This document shows, in pieces, positions 49,393-62,965 of a stretch of DNA of 64,000 bases; position 1 is the stretch's first letter, and every line of letters starts with the position of its first letter. Made by a program: the position numbers and the translations under genes. The notes beneath the pieces are model-generated. The model saw only the letters and a program-made list of their open reading frames with translations. It ran no database searches and was not told the origin of the DNA. Source of the DNA: Carcharhinus longimanus (taxonomy: Eukaryota); contig JASCQW010000119.1 of NCBI GenBank assembly GCA_030264375.1, forward strand, positions 9,044,965 to 9,108,964, given 5' to 3'.

Positions 49393-50159
49393 TTGTGTTT
49401 TTTTTTCAAAGCTAGTGTTCAATCTGCATCTAATGCATTATCGGTCAACACACTACAGATGCTCATCTCGCGCTGTTTTCCTTACACGTTTGAGGCCGTT
49501 GCAACTTGTCTCAACGGCATTAATGTATTGAGCAGTTATTATTGCCTCTTAGCAGGCAGACGATTTTCTGGCTGATCTCTTTAGCCAGCTTACTCATCTG
49601 CGCAGGCCACCATTCTACAACTATAGACCCTGTTATAATTAAGTAATCAAAACGATATGGAGTTGATGCTTTGCAATAAAATAAGTAACTCCTTCATTGT
49701 CACTGTGCACTTTATCATACAAATAACGTCCTGAGCCCTTCAATGCTCCCTCTTCTTATAGTACCGAAACTGTTTGTAATCGGACGCCATTTCACTTTTT
49801 AAAAAAGTTTTATGTTGATGAAACACTTCCTCTACTAGCCTCTAACACTTCATACTTCACTTCATTGAATTTTAGTTGACATTTGATGAGTGCGATCATT
49901 AAGTTAGTTAGTCAGGAACACACGTTTACATCTCAGTGACTGCAATGTATGTTTATGAGTAAAACTTTTTTTTTTTGCAGGGAGCGGCATTCTATTACTA
50001 TAATTTCTTGTTAAGTCATTGATTTTCATCCGAATTGACCCTGGTAACAAAACCTTGAAATGAAATGTAAACAAAATAAAAAAAATCAATGCTAAATTCC
50101 AATTTTGTATGCTAATGTTCTCTGCATCATCTCTTATCATGTGCTATCATTTTCCGAAT

Positions 50160-50455
50160 AATGCTGGCAAAGAAAAGAGCTTTAATGGGTCGTTACCTTG
50201 GAGCAGCTTCGATGCCTCTGAACTGTGACTGCAACTGACCAGATGCCACTCTGAACGATGCCTATGTAATCTTCCTGTAGCAAAAGCTGTAACAAAATAT
50301 GCGTTAAAAATGACTTTTTTTTGCAAGTTAATGAGAATGCTGTTCCTAACTCATGACCGTCTAATAGTATAATATCAGAGTATATTTGCGCATCGTCACT
50401 GGAAGATTGTGAAACAGCCACAGTTCAATTTGGTGCATTAACGCATAGTTAACCC
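50160..50455 (+). pseudogene. Decayed VJ-type (germline-joined-like) V exon
   Basis: LGAASMPLNC...DAYVIFL*QKL*Q (B/C strands); EYICASSLEDCETATVQFGALT at 50378-50443 (F strand, CDR3-like loop, FG motif). Confidence 0.5.
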
Positions 50456-50829
50456 AATTGCGGGAACAATTACAGGGGGCTAATTTCAGATTTCGTTTTG
50501 CAGCTTGGTGCCTGGAAATATAGTGCTATCTGATGAATAAATCTTTATTTAGAATGGGAAGGCTCAAATTAATGATTTGAGGAAAACTGAGTCTGAAAAT
50601 GCTGAGAGAAAGATTCCCCATGCAGAATTTGCGGCAAGCCAGTGCATAGTCACTGATTAGGAACTCGACATGATTTGGCATTCTTCTATCAGGGAACAAA
50701 TACCAAATCATCGGCTTCAAAAATTGCAGTATCTATGCGGTTAATTAGACTCAAAGAGAAATAGTGACATATTCACACAATGTGACATCTCGAGTTTTAC
50801 AAAAAAAAAACGTAGAATTCAGACCGAGT

Positions 50830-51225
50830 TTGCTTTTTTATCAGTCTGATTGCTAGGCGAGATTTGAAATGTGCCATTGACGATTACAGCTTTATTTCAT
50901 ATGAATTTAGCGCATTGAAGGATATGTTTGTGGGTCTGAGATACCATGTCCCCACGTTCATTCGCTACTGGGATTGTAAATCTAGATTTTCAACAAGACC
51001 TACGACTGCGATATCAATCCCAGATGAGCTATATTGTCCATAAGGCCACTCAACTTTGCAGGACGACGATTTGAGCAATCAAGATGGCCTTCAGTATTGA
51101 AATTCCAATGATACAGTATCTACTCGATGATTTACGTATATCTACAGTTTCTTTTCACACTATCCGCAAATCTGCAAATCACTTTCCATCTAGGGAAATC
51201 TGCACACATAACTTGGCCAGTGCTT
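50830..51225 (-). pseudogene. Decayed IgSF V exon
   Basis: FPRWKV...DSVKRNCRYT...LYHW; SRFTI; YLRPTNISFN...SY. Confidence 0.4.
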
Positions 51226-52344
51226 GAATGAAAACAATAGATGCATCAGAGAAGCAACTAATTCATTCAAGCACAACTTAAGAATTAACACAGTTAAACA
51301 GAATATTTCAATTTTATATAGTTAATAACAAAAGTAAAGTGGGAGGAATAGTTCTTCCGAAGAATTAAATTTGCATTTTTGATCAAATATAAAATTGATA
51401 TTTTGATTATACTTTCTTTGTTGGTGTATTTCTGCCAGCAATAAGGTGTTGTTAGTTCACAAAACACAAACGTGAATCATTATGCAGCATCAACTTTAAA
51501 TTTTTAATCAAAAGTGCATATATACCACTGCATTTTTTATATAAACTGAGCTGTTACTTTAATCATAACGTGCATAATTATACTATAATATTTGACCGTC
51601 TGAAACTAACTCAAATTAGGGCAGAAAGTAACGTGGAACTTATGCAAAAACCAAAGTTCGTCGCTGCCATGCATGGATTAATGGCATGGAAGGACAACTG
51701 CCTCCAATTGGGGGTTTCTGTTCACGTTCTTAAAATAGGAATAGTCATACTTTTGTCATGTTGTTTCAGTAGTGCACTGATGAAATACAAAAAATCCATG
51801 CTATTTCACAATGTCTGATGTGCTGAGAGTGATATTAGCACACCTGCATGAAGATATGACATCTCCCCGAGAATCATGCAAACATGAATTATTAAGCTAT
51901 ACTGATGCAATCTTCTTTTTACTCTAACTATTTAGTTCAAATGTTTAATCATTTTAATGGTTTCTTCTTTATACCATCATTAATTAAGCATAAAAGAAAC
52001 GAGGTGAAAATGTCGTGCCCTCTCCTGAAGCTCAGCCTTCTGCTTCACGTTGGAAACTGAATGTTCGCCTTTTGAGCATATTAAAAACGGAACGACTGAT
52101 TAACGTCTCAGTCGTTTCATTTTCCTGTTGTTGTGACAATTTGTAACATTGTTGAATGATTTGCTGTGGTCTGCTGATCGACTGCATGCGAACAAAGAGA
52201 CATCTCAATCTGACTTAGGGGAAGAAAACACTTCAAGTGATCGGTTGTGCGGAATTGTTCTAACCGTTTATGGTTACAATCTGAAAACTGCCAGCGCTCC
52301 GTGGCTGTTAAAGTTCTAGTTTCGTGCACGAGTAAAGCCTGAAC

Positions 52345-52650
52345 TCCCGCTCCCCCTTCCAACCGCTTCACACGTCCACCACCACCTCCACCACCGCCGT
52401 CACTCCCGACCCCCCCACCTCCCCCCTCACCGCGCCTCCCAGCGATCAACACATCCCACAGTCTCCCAATGAACACTGCGGAGACTCCTCACACAAATAC
52501 ATTGCAAAAGTAACGTTGCAAATTCTACCCTATCGAATATCAATACCCCGTGGCGAACGCCAGTTACCATTCAGATAAAAAAAACAGGTGGTATTTCCGC
52601 CTCACCCCCCCGCCGCCCCCCCCCCCCGCCCACCCCCCCCCCCCCCCGCA
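52345..52650. repeat. C-rich tracts (G-quadruplex-prone on the minus strand)
   Basis: (cca)n and poly-C runs at 52376-52440 and 52598-52649. Confidence 0.75.
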
Positions 52651-53907
52651 TCCTACACTGGATGCATCACCCTCTTATCGCGAACAATGTGCAGCCCATC
52701 ACTACAAACACATTTTAAAAGTATGATTTAATGAAGTATCAGAGTTTGGTATAATTCCGGCTCCAGCAAGACCACCAGAAATTACAATGTACAGCAAATG
52801 CATCCCAATCTTTCATGAAAAGAAAGCCTACCATCCATTCAATTCCTGCTGCATTGCAAAAGCTTCATCAGCACAATCAAGGAGAACATGCATCTCAGAC
52901 ATGTTATCTTCCAACGTCTTGCCGAGACGAAAAGATAAAAAAAAGTTTCAGATCATGGGCTGGCCAACTCAAGTTCAGGTTCGACATTTCTGTCATCGGG
53001 CTTTTGAATGGACCGAGTGCATACAAAGTTGACATTTCTCTGCAACCTTGGTATGGCTGAACAGTCCCTGCTTCACTTTCGCCTTTCATTTCCCCTTCTG
53101 CAATCTATGAATATGTTTTTGTTAGAATGGCGTGTAAACTTTTTTTTTTCACTGTACACCAATGCAAATAAAACAATGAATCAAATCAAATCACTGCCTG
53201 CCAAAACTACATACACACCTTGCTTTCAAAATCGGGCAATGTTATCCCTCACACGAAGGATTCACAAAAAGTTCGTCCTAACATTGCCCCGCACAATGTT
53301 TGAATTACGTGCTTCATTCCCTAACTGGAATGATTATTAACTTGCATGAGCGTATTAGCAATTCTGTGAGCTCTGACATTTGGCAAACGTGCTCCAGAGA
53401 TTACAGAATGTGCGTTTAGATGACATGCAGATTATGCTGGCATTACCGGGACAGAGGGTATGCAATGTCTGCTGTTATTTCCAGGGCCAGGTGGAATATG
53501 GAGCCTGTTAACATTTAAAAAAGAACCGAGGTACGTAACGTATCCTAGCATTAGCAGTGGAAACAGGTTTCTGGTGTGTCTGGATGTTGCCGAGGTAGAC
53601 AGTTTGACGGGTACTGGCATTGAAAGAGAAGTGGATATGTGGTGTGTGTCTGAATTCTGAAGGGCAGAGTACATGCAAAGTGCAGGTGTTTGTGGTGTGT
53701 GTGTTAGCATTTCCAGTTTAGAAGCTATGCAGTTGAGATAGCATTATCGGGGTCAGATGATTGGCAGTGTGAGCACGCATTACCACTGGAGTTAGAGGAA
53801 GAAAGCGNNNNNNNNNNNNNNNNNNNNNNNNNNNNNNNNNNNNNNNNNNNNNNNNNNNNNNNNNNNNNNNNNNNNNNNNNNNNNNNNNNNNNNNNNNNNN
53901 NNNNNNN

Positions 53908-54380
53908 AAATACTTGCCGGGATGTTGTCTGGTATGGAGGGCATTAGCGATGTGGAAAGGTTGGATAAACTTGGTTTGTTCTCAGCAGAACGGCGTTGGT
54001 TGAGGAGCGATCTGATAGAAGTCCACACAATTATGAATGTACGGACAGAATGGCTATTCAGAAGCTTTTACCCAGGGTGGAAAAGTCAATTACTCCGGGC
54101 AAAGGTTTAAGGTGCAAGGGACAAGAGTCACTGGAGATGTACGAGGCAACGTTTTTTACACACGTTGTGTTGGATGCCTGGAACTCACTCCCTAGGGAGA
54201 TAGTGGACACAGATATGATAGTGAATTTATAAGGGTGCCTTGACAAATACATGAATATAGAGGGATATGGTCCTGAGAAGGAGAGTGAGTTTTAGTTCAG
54301 TCGGGCAGCATTGTCGCTGCAGGACTGGAGGACCGATGGGCCGGTTGCCGTTCTGTAATTTCCTTTGTTTTCTTTTGTTG
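53908..54380 (+). mobile_element. CR1 3' end
   Basis: ERLDKLGLFSAERRWLRSDLIEV; FFTHVVLDAWNSLP. Confidence 0.92.
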
Positions 54381-54599
54381 AAATATCTTGCCTTTCCAAC
54401 TGGAATGCCAGAATGTACCATCTATTGGTTTTGGTGGAACGTAGACAGTCCGGCAGCAGCAGTGTGATCTGAGTAACAATGCAAATGCTACATCTTGTAA
54501 TCCAGAGACAGTAATTTGAAGAAGCCAGATACTGATGTTAAATTCCAGGCAGCAAGTTTCGCCATAATGTACAGAAGGGAAAAATAATCTGGTGCAAAA

Positions 54600-54812
54600 A
54601 TCCCACATATGTAAGATAAGGTACTTGCATTTGTCTCCTGAACTCTTCAAAGTGTTTGTCACTTACGACTTCGCTTACAAGGCAGAACACGTTAGTCAAT
54701 TTCCAAATGTCTGCAAAGCGTACAGTTTCGGAAGTATCCATCGAGGCAGCAGAGACAAGGGACAAAGCTGTCCATGCCAAAATTGGTGTGGGAATCGTTA
54801 AGTGCAGTCAAA
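54600..54812 (-). pseudogene. Decayed Siglec/MAG/CD22-like V exon, truncated by a SINE
   Basis: Phase-1 acceptor ttgcttttgtcag|; *LHLTIPTPILAWTAL...FADIW...HFEEFRRQMQ, compared with MAG WGAWMPSSISAFEG...GVW...HESFQGRSR. Confidence 0.45.
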
Positions 54813-54989
54813 CTGACAAAAGCAACAAGTAACTGACATATTGAACATGCAACAATATGAATTTCAACTTCCCCACATCACATGTCTGGGTTTATTTTGC
54901 CCGAAAACAAACAGACGTTTCAGCAGTTGGTATTGATGTCTTCTTTTAGGATGAAACTGCATACCGTGTTCCCAGGGTCGTCTGTGAAT

Positions 54990-55540
54990 GCTGAGGAGGC
55001 TCGTGGAATGAGATGAAACAAGGGCGATCGCAATTATCACAATATACCACCATCCCGTAGTAGGTGACGGACCAAGAATGCAATATGCTGAGTAGCATTT
55101 GACAGGAGCACAGATGTTGATATATGCTCTCGTATTGATTCCCCTTTGCTGTTTATTGATTAAGACAAATCAAAGGGAAGAAAGAGGGGTGGAATAGCAA
55201 TGATTTAGGGGCGGAGTGACAAGGAGTGTTGCGAAGATCCCAAAAGACACAGACACCTGGGAGTCAGCAGAACAAGGGGCGTGAGGGGTGTGGGACTTTA
55301 TTTGAATGGGTGTGCATAAGATTGTTTCTCGCTTAGGGAGATGTGGGTCTGGGTGGAAGTGATTGAGGGTCCATGAGACTAAGAATGAAAGTGGGCGAAA
55401 TGGAGAACCGATCAGAGAAAAGTTGAGCTTGTGTTCACTTCAGTGCTAGAGTTAATGGGATTGGGTGAATGCAAGATTGTCCCAGGGTGTGAAAATGTTA
55501 ACTTGGTAGGATATGTGTGTGTGGGTAAGGGTGATAATAG
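54990..55540 (-). mobile_element. Probable Penelope-like internal fragment
   Basis: Purine/G-rich strand bias and degenerate motifs resembling antisense shark Penelope RT region; weak. Confidence 0.35.
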
Positions 55541-57404
55541 TTGAGAATACCAAACTTTTTTTTTCAATTACGTTGTGGTTTACTTATTATGTGCATCCAC
55601 GTCGAAGGAAAATAATGTTTCTTTTTTTTAGAATGACTTTTAGGCAATCGTAATAGTAATCATGATTTTGTCATTGTATTCTTCAAAGGAGATTACCGCA
55701 GCATTCTTGTGATGGGAAATGTGTTGGACAACAGGAAAAGTTTGTGAACATTTAATAGAAAATGTTGTACTAAACTCTCCCATCACGTTTATAACAGTGA
55801 CGAGCGATTCATTACGTTAGTGCTATTTTCGTGGAACAAGAAACCCTTACGGGGTGATATGATTGATTTGCAAAACAAGTCTGAGAAGAGAGATAAAGTG
55901 GATATGATAAAGTTATTTATCTTGTCGAAAAAAATCGAGAAACAGAAAACATCGACTTGAGACATGTAGCAGAAGGTACAAAAGGGAAAGTGGAATATGT
56001 TTTTTTCATAGAGGGCGGTGGGCGTTTGGATGTCGCTACCCGTTTTGCCGGCAGAGGCTGGTTTCCTTAACACTTTTCAAGACGTACATTTGGCTTGTAA
56101 CATGAATACTTAAAGCTGCACGGCTGGGTGCAGGTGCACAATGGTGGGATTGGAAAAGGCACCTTGGTTCCCTTGTGCTGGCATGGAAAACTGGTCTTAT
56201 TTTCCACCAACTGTATGACACATTTACAATGCATCTGTGGATACTTGCTGAGAATTTTCCTCTTGCTCGTTTTTATTTTCAATTTTCTAATTATCGAAAC
56301 TGGATATGACAATACTTCAGAGCGTACTTCTGATCTGCTGGTTGCGGAATTTTTCGTTCTATCTAATGCATGCATCTTTAACATTTTACTAGTCCTGTGT
56401 TCTAGAGTCAACGGTTTGGCACGTCATGTTTATTTATTCCTGGGTATGCCAAAGTCCTCTCACACACTTTATTAATCGCAGAGAAATAAGGCATTTTATG
56501 TGTGCGTGTTGGGGAGGGGGTCCGGGATTGGGAAGGCGGGAGCAGGGGGTGAGTGGAGCGGCAAGGGTGGAAAGAGGAGGATATGAAGAATAAATCGTTC
56601 ACAAACTGTGATTGCATGAAATTCTGCCAACAAATAGAATAATACGGATGTTCAGGACCAGGGCAATCTTACAATTTCTGGATAGGATTCACTGTCGTTT
56701 GGATGGGTAACGACACATCACGATTGTGGATTTTCTCGACGTGAAACATGATTTCCGTCTATACAAGGACTATCACGTTCATGTTCCTAGTCATCCTGCC
56801 ATGGACAGCGATCTCTGGAACGGTGGATGGATGCGGACTATTTCTGGACGTTTTCCTTATGTTACTCTTTATTGCGTCGCCAACTGCCAAAGACCCACGT
56901 TGGCAATGTTGATTGTTGTTTGATGCAGGTATCAGCCAATTCAGTCATCAACTGTGCATCTAAACAATCTTAATATGACAACTTTAATGTCACGAATTGG
57001 GGGAAAAAAAGTGTTCTTGCTGTTTCGAATATTTCGCCCAATTCTACATAATTTAATATGTAATTGCATTGGAACCATTTCAGATTACGTCCAGTGGTTT
57101 GATTCCAGCGAGGAACGCATTGCCTCATGACTGAAGCAAAACGTAAGCTGTTATAAGAGATTGTTATTTACAGACAAATGCAGTGCAGTCTAACACAATT
57201 GGGCCCCCATGTAAGGGAAATATGAAATTACTTTCCTTCTGTCAGAGTACCATGTAAACATGGACATAAGTTTGAGAAGGAGTATGATTGCATACACTCC
57301 AAGCGGGCATAGTAAGGTTTTTGCATATTTTCAGAGTTAGATATTAACGGAACAAAGCAAAGTGGAATTGAGATGATAGATCATTTTCACTTGCATGATA
57401 GGCT

Positions 57405-57690
57405 CCGTATTTATTGCCTAGGTTATCTAATGCTTATACGTTCTTAGTATATGTAGGGATGTTGCATGTTGGCCTGAGCTGCTTGATGGAAACTTTGACT
57501 GAGGAGTGGGAATATGAGTACAGTTTCGCAACGCACACATCCCATGTGAGAGCTCTATCCTTTTTATATGCTCTATCCAAAGGGAACTTATCAACCACTG
57601 CAGTCTCAGGATGCTTCCAAACATAACATAGGAACTCAAACTGTCCTTATAAAAATGCAGCTATAGATACTTCGCAATGTAGGGAGTTAG
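57405..57690 (-). pseudogene. Decayed IgSF V exon
   Basis: VSIAAFL*GQFEFLC (A'/B); SLW; TSLHI-KNV*ALDNLGNKY (E/F). Confidence 0.45.
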
Positions 57691-59489
57691 CTTACAGATC
57701 AAATTGGAAATGTACTAATTTACGATTTGCGGATGCCTACAACCTTGATACCAACGATATCATCAAGACATTTTTGATGTCTAAAAATCTTCACACTAAG
57801 CGCTGGATCATGCCATGAGTGAACATTACAAGGTTAAAAAAAACGCATACATTTCCCAAACCACGAATACACCAGGTCTCGAATTGAACATTACTTTTCA
57901 AACACGTAATTTTCCTGCTATTAAAAAGAACCAGTGCATGTATTTAATGAAGATGACATTTCTTCCAAAGACGAGATATAAAGTCGACGATATATAGTAG
58001 GTTCGGCATTTTTGCACTTCTTTAAATAGCTAATTCAATCGTGACGTTATGATCATGTAATATACCCAACATTATAAAGAACTGTTTATCAAGCATGTCT
58101 GGCTCGATCTACTGTGTGGTAATGTAAAATGAATTGAGTGATCTCAATCACACACAATCCACAAAGTTGAAAATTTAATCCTGCGGGATACAACTCAGTT
58201 GAAGAAGGGGCAGACTGTAATATAGATCTGGAAAAAAAAACTCCAAAGTGCATTGCTACCTTACACATTACTTATAGGTTTCAATATCTTCATTTCCACA
58301 ACAATGAATTGAAATGATCCATACCTTCAGCTGGAAGACTTTTACCTCCATCTTAAAACAAATAATGAACAATGATACAATTTTAATCCGAAAATACCAG
58401 AACTACATCAGGTTGTATTCACAAGAACTGATGGGTTCACATTAACATAGTTTAATTTCTGTCATCACATTATGGCGAAGATTCTGTATTCAAAATCGGG
58501 GAACATTTACATCTCAGAATTCTGCTATACGTATTAATATGGCCATTCTCTATTGGAATGCCTTTCTCTCCTGTTGCATTTGCTCAGATAACAAAAGAAA
58601 AAAAAATGAATACTTAAACTTAATGTGAAACAAAGAAAGAGCCTCGGGTCACATTGTGAATTGTAATTCTCCTGATTAATGGTGGAGAGGAACCACTCGC
58701 AAATTTAGCGGTTGCACCTGATCCATTTAGGTTTTACATTGGTAACGTTTTTTTTTTCCTTCCTTCAGCTTCTGTCCACGTATGAGCTCACTGTGGAACC
58801 TTACTGAATACGTTTGTCTCAGAAGAAGCCACATATCATTTTTTCTCTGCTTTCGCAAATGGAGACATAGCCGCCAGGCCTCTCCTGAATTTATAGATTG
58901 GGAAAGATTATAAATGGAAATGCTGCCTTGACATTCCAAACCATTTGTGGGTTTACGTCATACCAATCCAGGAAAGAATAACTATTGAAGCTCGACCCAT
59001 TTAATAGACCTGCCACACCGCCATCATCGACTCCACATTCAACCACACTCCTCGTGCAAGGCCACCGCTAATAATGGCACATGTGATGATATTTATCAGT
59101 CACTTCTGTATGTCAGATTGGGCTCATCACCTACAACCACCGACGTTGCTCAGTCAGTTTCCCATCAGTGGAGAAATTCTCAATCACACCCTATTCTCCG
59201 CAATGTTTTCTCCGTCTCCCACACTAGATATGCTCAGCACATGCTCGAATGTTCTCTAGTTTGCTGAGGTGCGTGGGGGCCGTGTGAGCTCGGCAGAGAG
59301 AGCAATTGTCTGGAAGTGGGAGAGAGTGACTGGAAAAAGTGTCCTGAATCTGTTCGCAACGTCTGCAATTGGGATGCCACAACTAAAAAAAAAATCGTCC
59401 TGCTTGAGGAAAGGTTTACTGGTGGCAAAAATAGCAGTATTTTGGCCGTTTTAAAGTGTTGAACATTCTTCTGAAGCGAGAGGAGATTG

Positions 59490-59842
59490 AACGGTCACAG
59501 AACTACGAAAAAAAAAGCAGAAAGAGCCCATTGGCACTATCACGTCCATGCAAGCATAAGAAAGGCATGCCATAGTTTTTTTTTCTGAAGAATTTGAGAC
59601 CATACACTCGGATTTGATTCTTAGAAACACTATTCACTGTATGGAAGAGAAGATAATCATTTTCTGAATTGTGGACAAGCGGGTGAGCATGCTGACTGTA
59701 TTGATTCATTTGCTGCGACGAATATGAAGGGCAGTGTGGAACGTTGTATTTTGGGCTGCAAAGCCATGTTTGTCAAGCCCTTCCTAAAACGTCCGGCTAT
59801 TGATTTAAACATTGTCGAATAATTGATAAAATTTCTGGCTAG
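59490..59842 (-). pseudogene. Decayed Siglec-like V exon
   Basis: Acceptor gctctgcag|; PLVHNSENDY...VSKNQIRVYG...KKN...LHGRDSANGLF, compared with Siglec VxxS...FxGRxxLxGD...KNCSLxIxxLxxxDSGxYF. Confidence 0.45.
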
Positions 59843-60709
59843 CTGCAGAGCATTAAGCACCTGATGTTTGCGAGCACCATTTTATTTTGCATTTGAAATT
59901 AGAGCATTTGTATAAAACGTATGTTCCGAAAGTTCTGAAGGACAATAACGGCGCTTGTTTCAAAAATATTTCTTTTTGTCAAGAAATGTTTCACGNNNNN
60001 NNNNNTTTATTTTTATGTCCCTTCCGTGTTCCGGCTCGCTGAACATGCCCAATTATTTTATTTTTGTTGGTATTTCCGAGCTCATTTCTTTTTTTTTACG
60101 ATTTGTATCATGCCCGTAAATTTGTTTAATGATCAACATTTTTTGATTGATTGTGATTATAAGGTATATGCTCATTTTTCTTTCATGATTACTTGTCACA
60201 TAATAATCTCTACTGTCATCAGCGAGCGACCAACGCCGCACACAAGCTGAGGTAATGCATTTTTGATGATGCAGCTCAATTGTTTGGCATCCCAAGCGAC
60301 ATATTAACCAATCATTCATTAACCCACTGACACACTACACGAAGATTGAATAACAGGCACAGGATTGTCTGCCGCAACTCGGCAACGTCCGGTCAAAATC
60401 TAGGACCATGCTATCCTGGCATAGCAGAAATTCACAAGTCACTCACTGCCCTGGGAACAAAAATGTGAAACATTCTTTCCAGCAGAGTGTTTGTACTTGC
60501 ACCACGTGGTCAGCCTAACGGCTCACTGTACCTTTCTCGGGCGGTTTAGACATTCAGAATGAATTCTGGCTTCATCAACGAGATTTCTATCCTACCAAAA
60601 TAATAGCTGTATCCGAGGTTGTGACAACAGCAATGACAATAATAATAACAATAATAATAATCAATCATAACAACCATGATCTCTGAAGTTTGCCACTAAT
60701 TTGGATAGA

Positions 60710-61312
60710 GCGTTGAATAAGACCGACAGTATGTTAGCGTTTATTAACAGGGGGTTTGAGTTTAAGAGCTGTGGGGTTATGCTGCAACTATACAGGACCT
60801 TTGTGAGACCACATTTGGAATATTGTGTGCAGTTTTGGTCACCTGACTATTAAACAAGAATGTGGAAGCATTGAAGAGTGTGCAGAGGACATTTACCAGG
60901 ATGCTGCCTGGTTTGGAGGTTAGGTCTTATGAGCAAAGTTTGAGGGAGCTGGGGCTTTTCTCTTTAGAGAGGAGGAAGATGAGAGGCGACTTAATTGAGG
61001 TTTTTCCTCGGATGGATGAAACTATTACCAAGGGGCACAACTGTAAGCTTCATGGTGGGAGATATAGGAGGGATGTCCGAGGTAGGTTCTTTACTCAGTG
61101 ACTGGTTCGGCTGTGGAATGGACTGCCTGCTGTGATAGGTGGAAACCGACATTTTAGAATCGTTCAAACGGTTATTGGATCGGCACACGGAGGCAATCAG
61201 AATGACAGGAGTGGGATAGTTGACCTTGGTTTCGGACAAAACTCGTCACAACTTCGAGTGCAACAGGGCCTGTACTGTGCTGTACTGTTCTATGTTTTAC
61301 ATGTTCTCTGTA
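60710..61312 (+). mobile_element. CR1 3' end, comparatively young
   Basis: RPHLEYCVQFWSP; ALKSVQRTFTRMLPGL...LRELGLFSLERRKMRGDLIEV; RFFTQ; tail ctgtactgtgctgtactgttctatg. Confidence 0.93.
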
Positions 61313-62454
61313 ATCAGGAAAAATATAACATACATGCTAAATATTTCAGATTTAGGAATACTGCGATCACTTTAATTTTCCAGTGTAAATGTAAATAGTC
61401 CAACCTCGATCTCGAAGCTTGTCCTCAAGTTCTGGACGCATAAAATATATAAAAAAAAGTTGAAGCGATCATCATTGTAGCACTGCAAACCACGTGCTGG
61501 ACAGATATTCCCATTTGTTCTTCCACCCGCCGCTCCGAGTAAATACAATTTTTATCCATGCACTATTGCACAAGCATCCTGTTTAAACTTCACTCCCTTT
61601 TGTACAAATGCATTTCCTCCAAATGCAGTTGATTTTTGTTGTTGTTTTTAACGTCAATGCTCGATGAACATAGTAATTAATCAATGTAGATTGACGTAAG
61701 TATTTTGGTCATCCTGTTATGATTCAACGCATTGTTTTCGAACATCAACATACCAAAAGCTTGTGAGTGTCGTACTTCAATGTCTACCTTTGGAAATAGA
61801 CATCAGTCTCCCAATATTTTATGAATGCAGATTGTATAATAATGGCGACAGTACACAGACTTGAAGTAACATCCAGTTCACTATAAGTATGTCTGATTAT
61901 CCATGCTGTCGTCTGAGTATCACCATTATCTCCCGACATCGGCTGTTGACTGCCATTGTCAAACTTCTCACTGCTATCTCAATGTATTTTGTTGAAAATG
62001 TTTTTGAATTATTTTTACATCGTCCGAGAAGCGCACATATCGATGATTGTTCTTGGGATAAATATTCCCACACTTAGAGTCATAGATTTGCAGAGCGCAC
62101 TGAAGTCCCATCGAGTCTGCACTAACATTAGCTACTTTTAAAGTCACACTCGTAACTATTTTTACTGCATTCTCCCAAACCCTTCAATTTTTCAACTGTC
62201 CGTGTAAATATATTTTTTGAAGGTTGCACTGTAGTGATTTTTTTTCTTTTATCCAGCTGCTGTTCTACATCCACATTTTTCCCCCATTTTCTTAGCACCA
62301 CGTTTTTTTTTTCCCCGAATTACTGAGCGTTTCTGCGATACACAAGTCTCATATTCAAGACCAGCTACTTTTAAGTGAGTACCTACGTGTTTGCTGACAA
62401 CATTTTAATCGGAAACAGTGTTCCGCCTTCAGAAGTATGCTGCTGGCAGATATT

Positions 62455-62965
62455 GAAACATAGAAGCATGTCAACCAGAAGCAAAAATATGCCTTTCGGC
62501 CATTCGAGCATGCTCATCCATTCCTTTTCATCATGACCTATCATCCAATTCAAAATCCTGACCCTGCGTTACATGCATTTACATTTTCCATTTTAGCCCC
62601 CAAAACTATACTAATTTCCTCTCCGAATTCCACAATGATTTGGACGCAACTATGTTCTGCGAAATTGATATCCACGGATTCAGCAATTGTTGAATACAGA
62701 AACTCGTCCTCAACTTAATCTTAAAAGTTCACCACATTTCCACAAGCTATAACTCACAATTCTTAATCAAACCGCCAACTGGAACTTTTTTTTTTCTGAA
62801 TGTATTCTGTGTAATCCTGAAATTTATAAATTGTTATGATATCGCCCCTCGCTCTTCTAAACTCAAATTAAGACACTCATAACTGACTTAGTTTTTCCTC
62901 ATATGACTGGCTTTTCTTTACGCGATTCAGATTGTTACACCTTCGTTTTACACATTATATAGCCT
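62455..62965 (-). mobile_element. CR1 3' fragment, decayed
   Basis: aacatagaagc...gcctttcggccattcgagcatgctc...atcgcccctcgctcttctaaactc. Confidence 0.7.

Noticed and set aside
50419-50460. CACAGTT as an RSS heptamer
   Set aside because: Too far from the Cys codon and no convincing nonamer.
58769-59110. Possible Ig C2/I-set exon behind a strong acceptor
   Set aside because: Only SCKATANNG is suggestive; no ordered Cys/Trp framework could be read.
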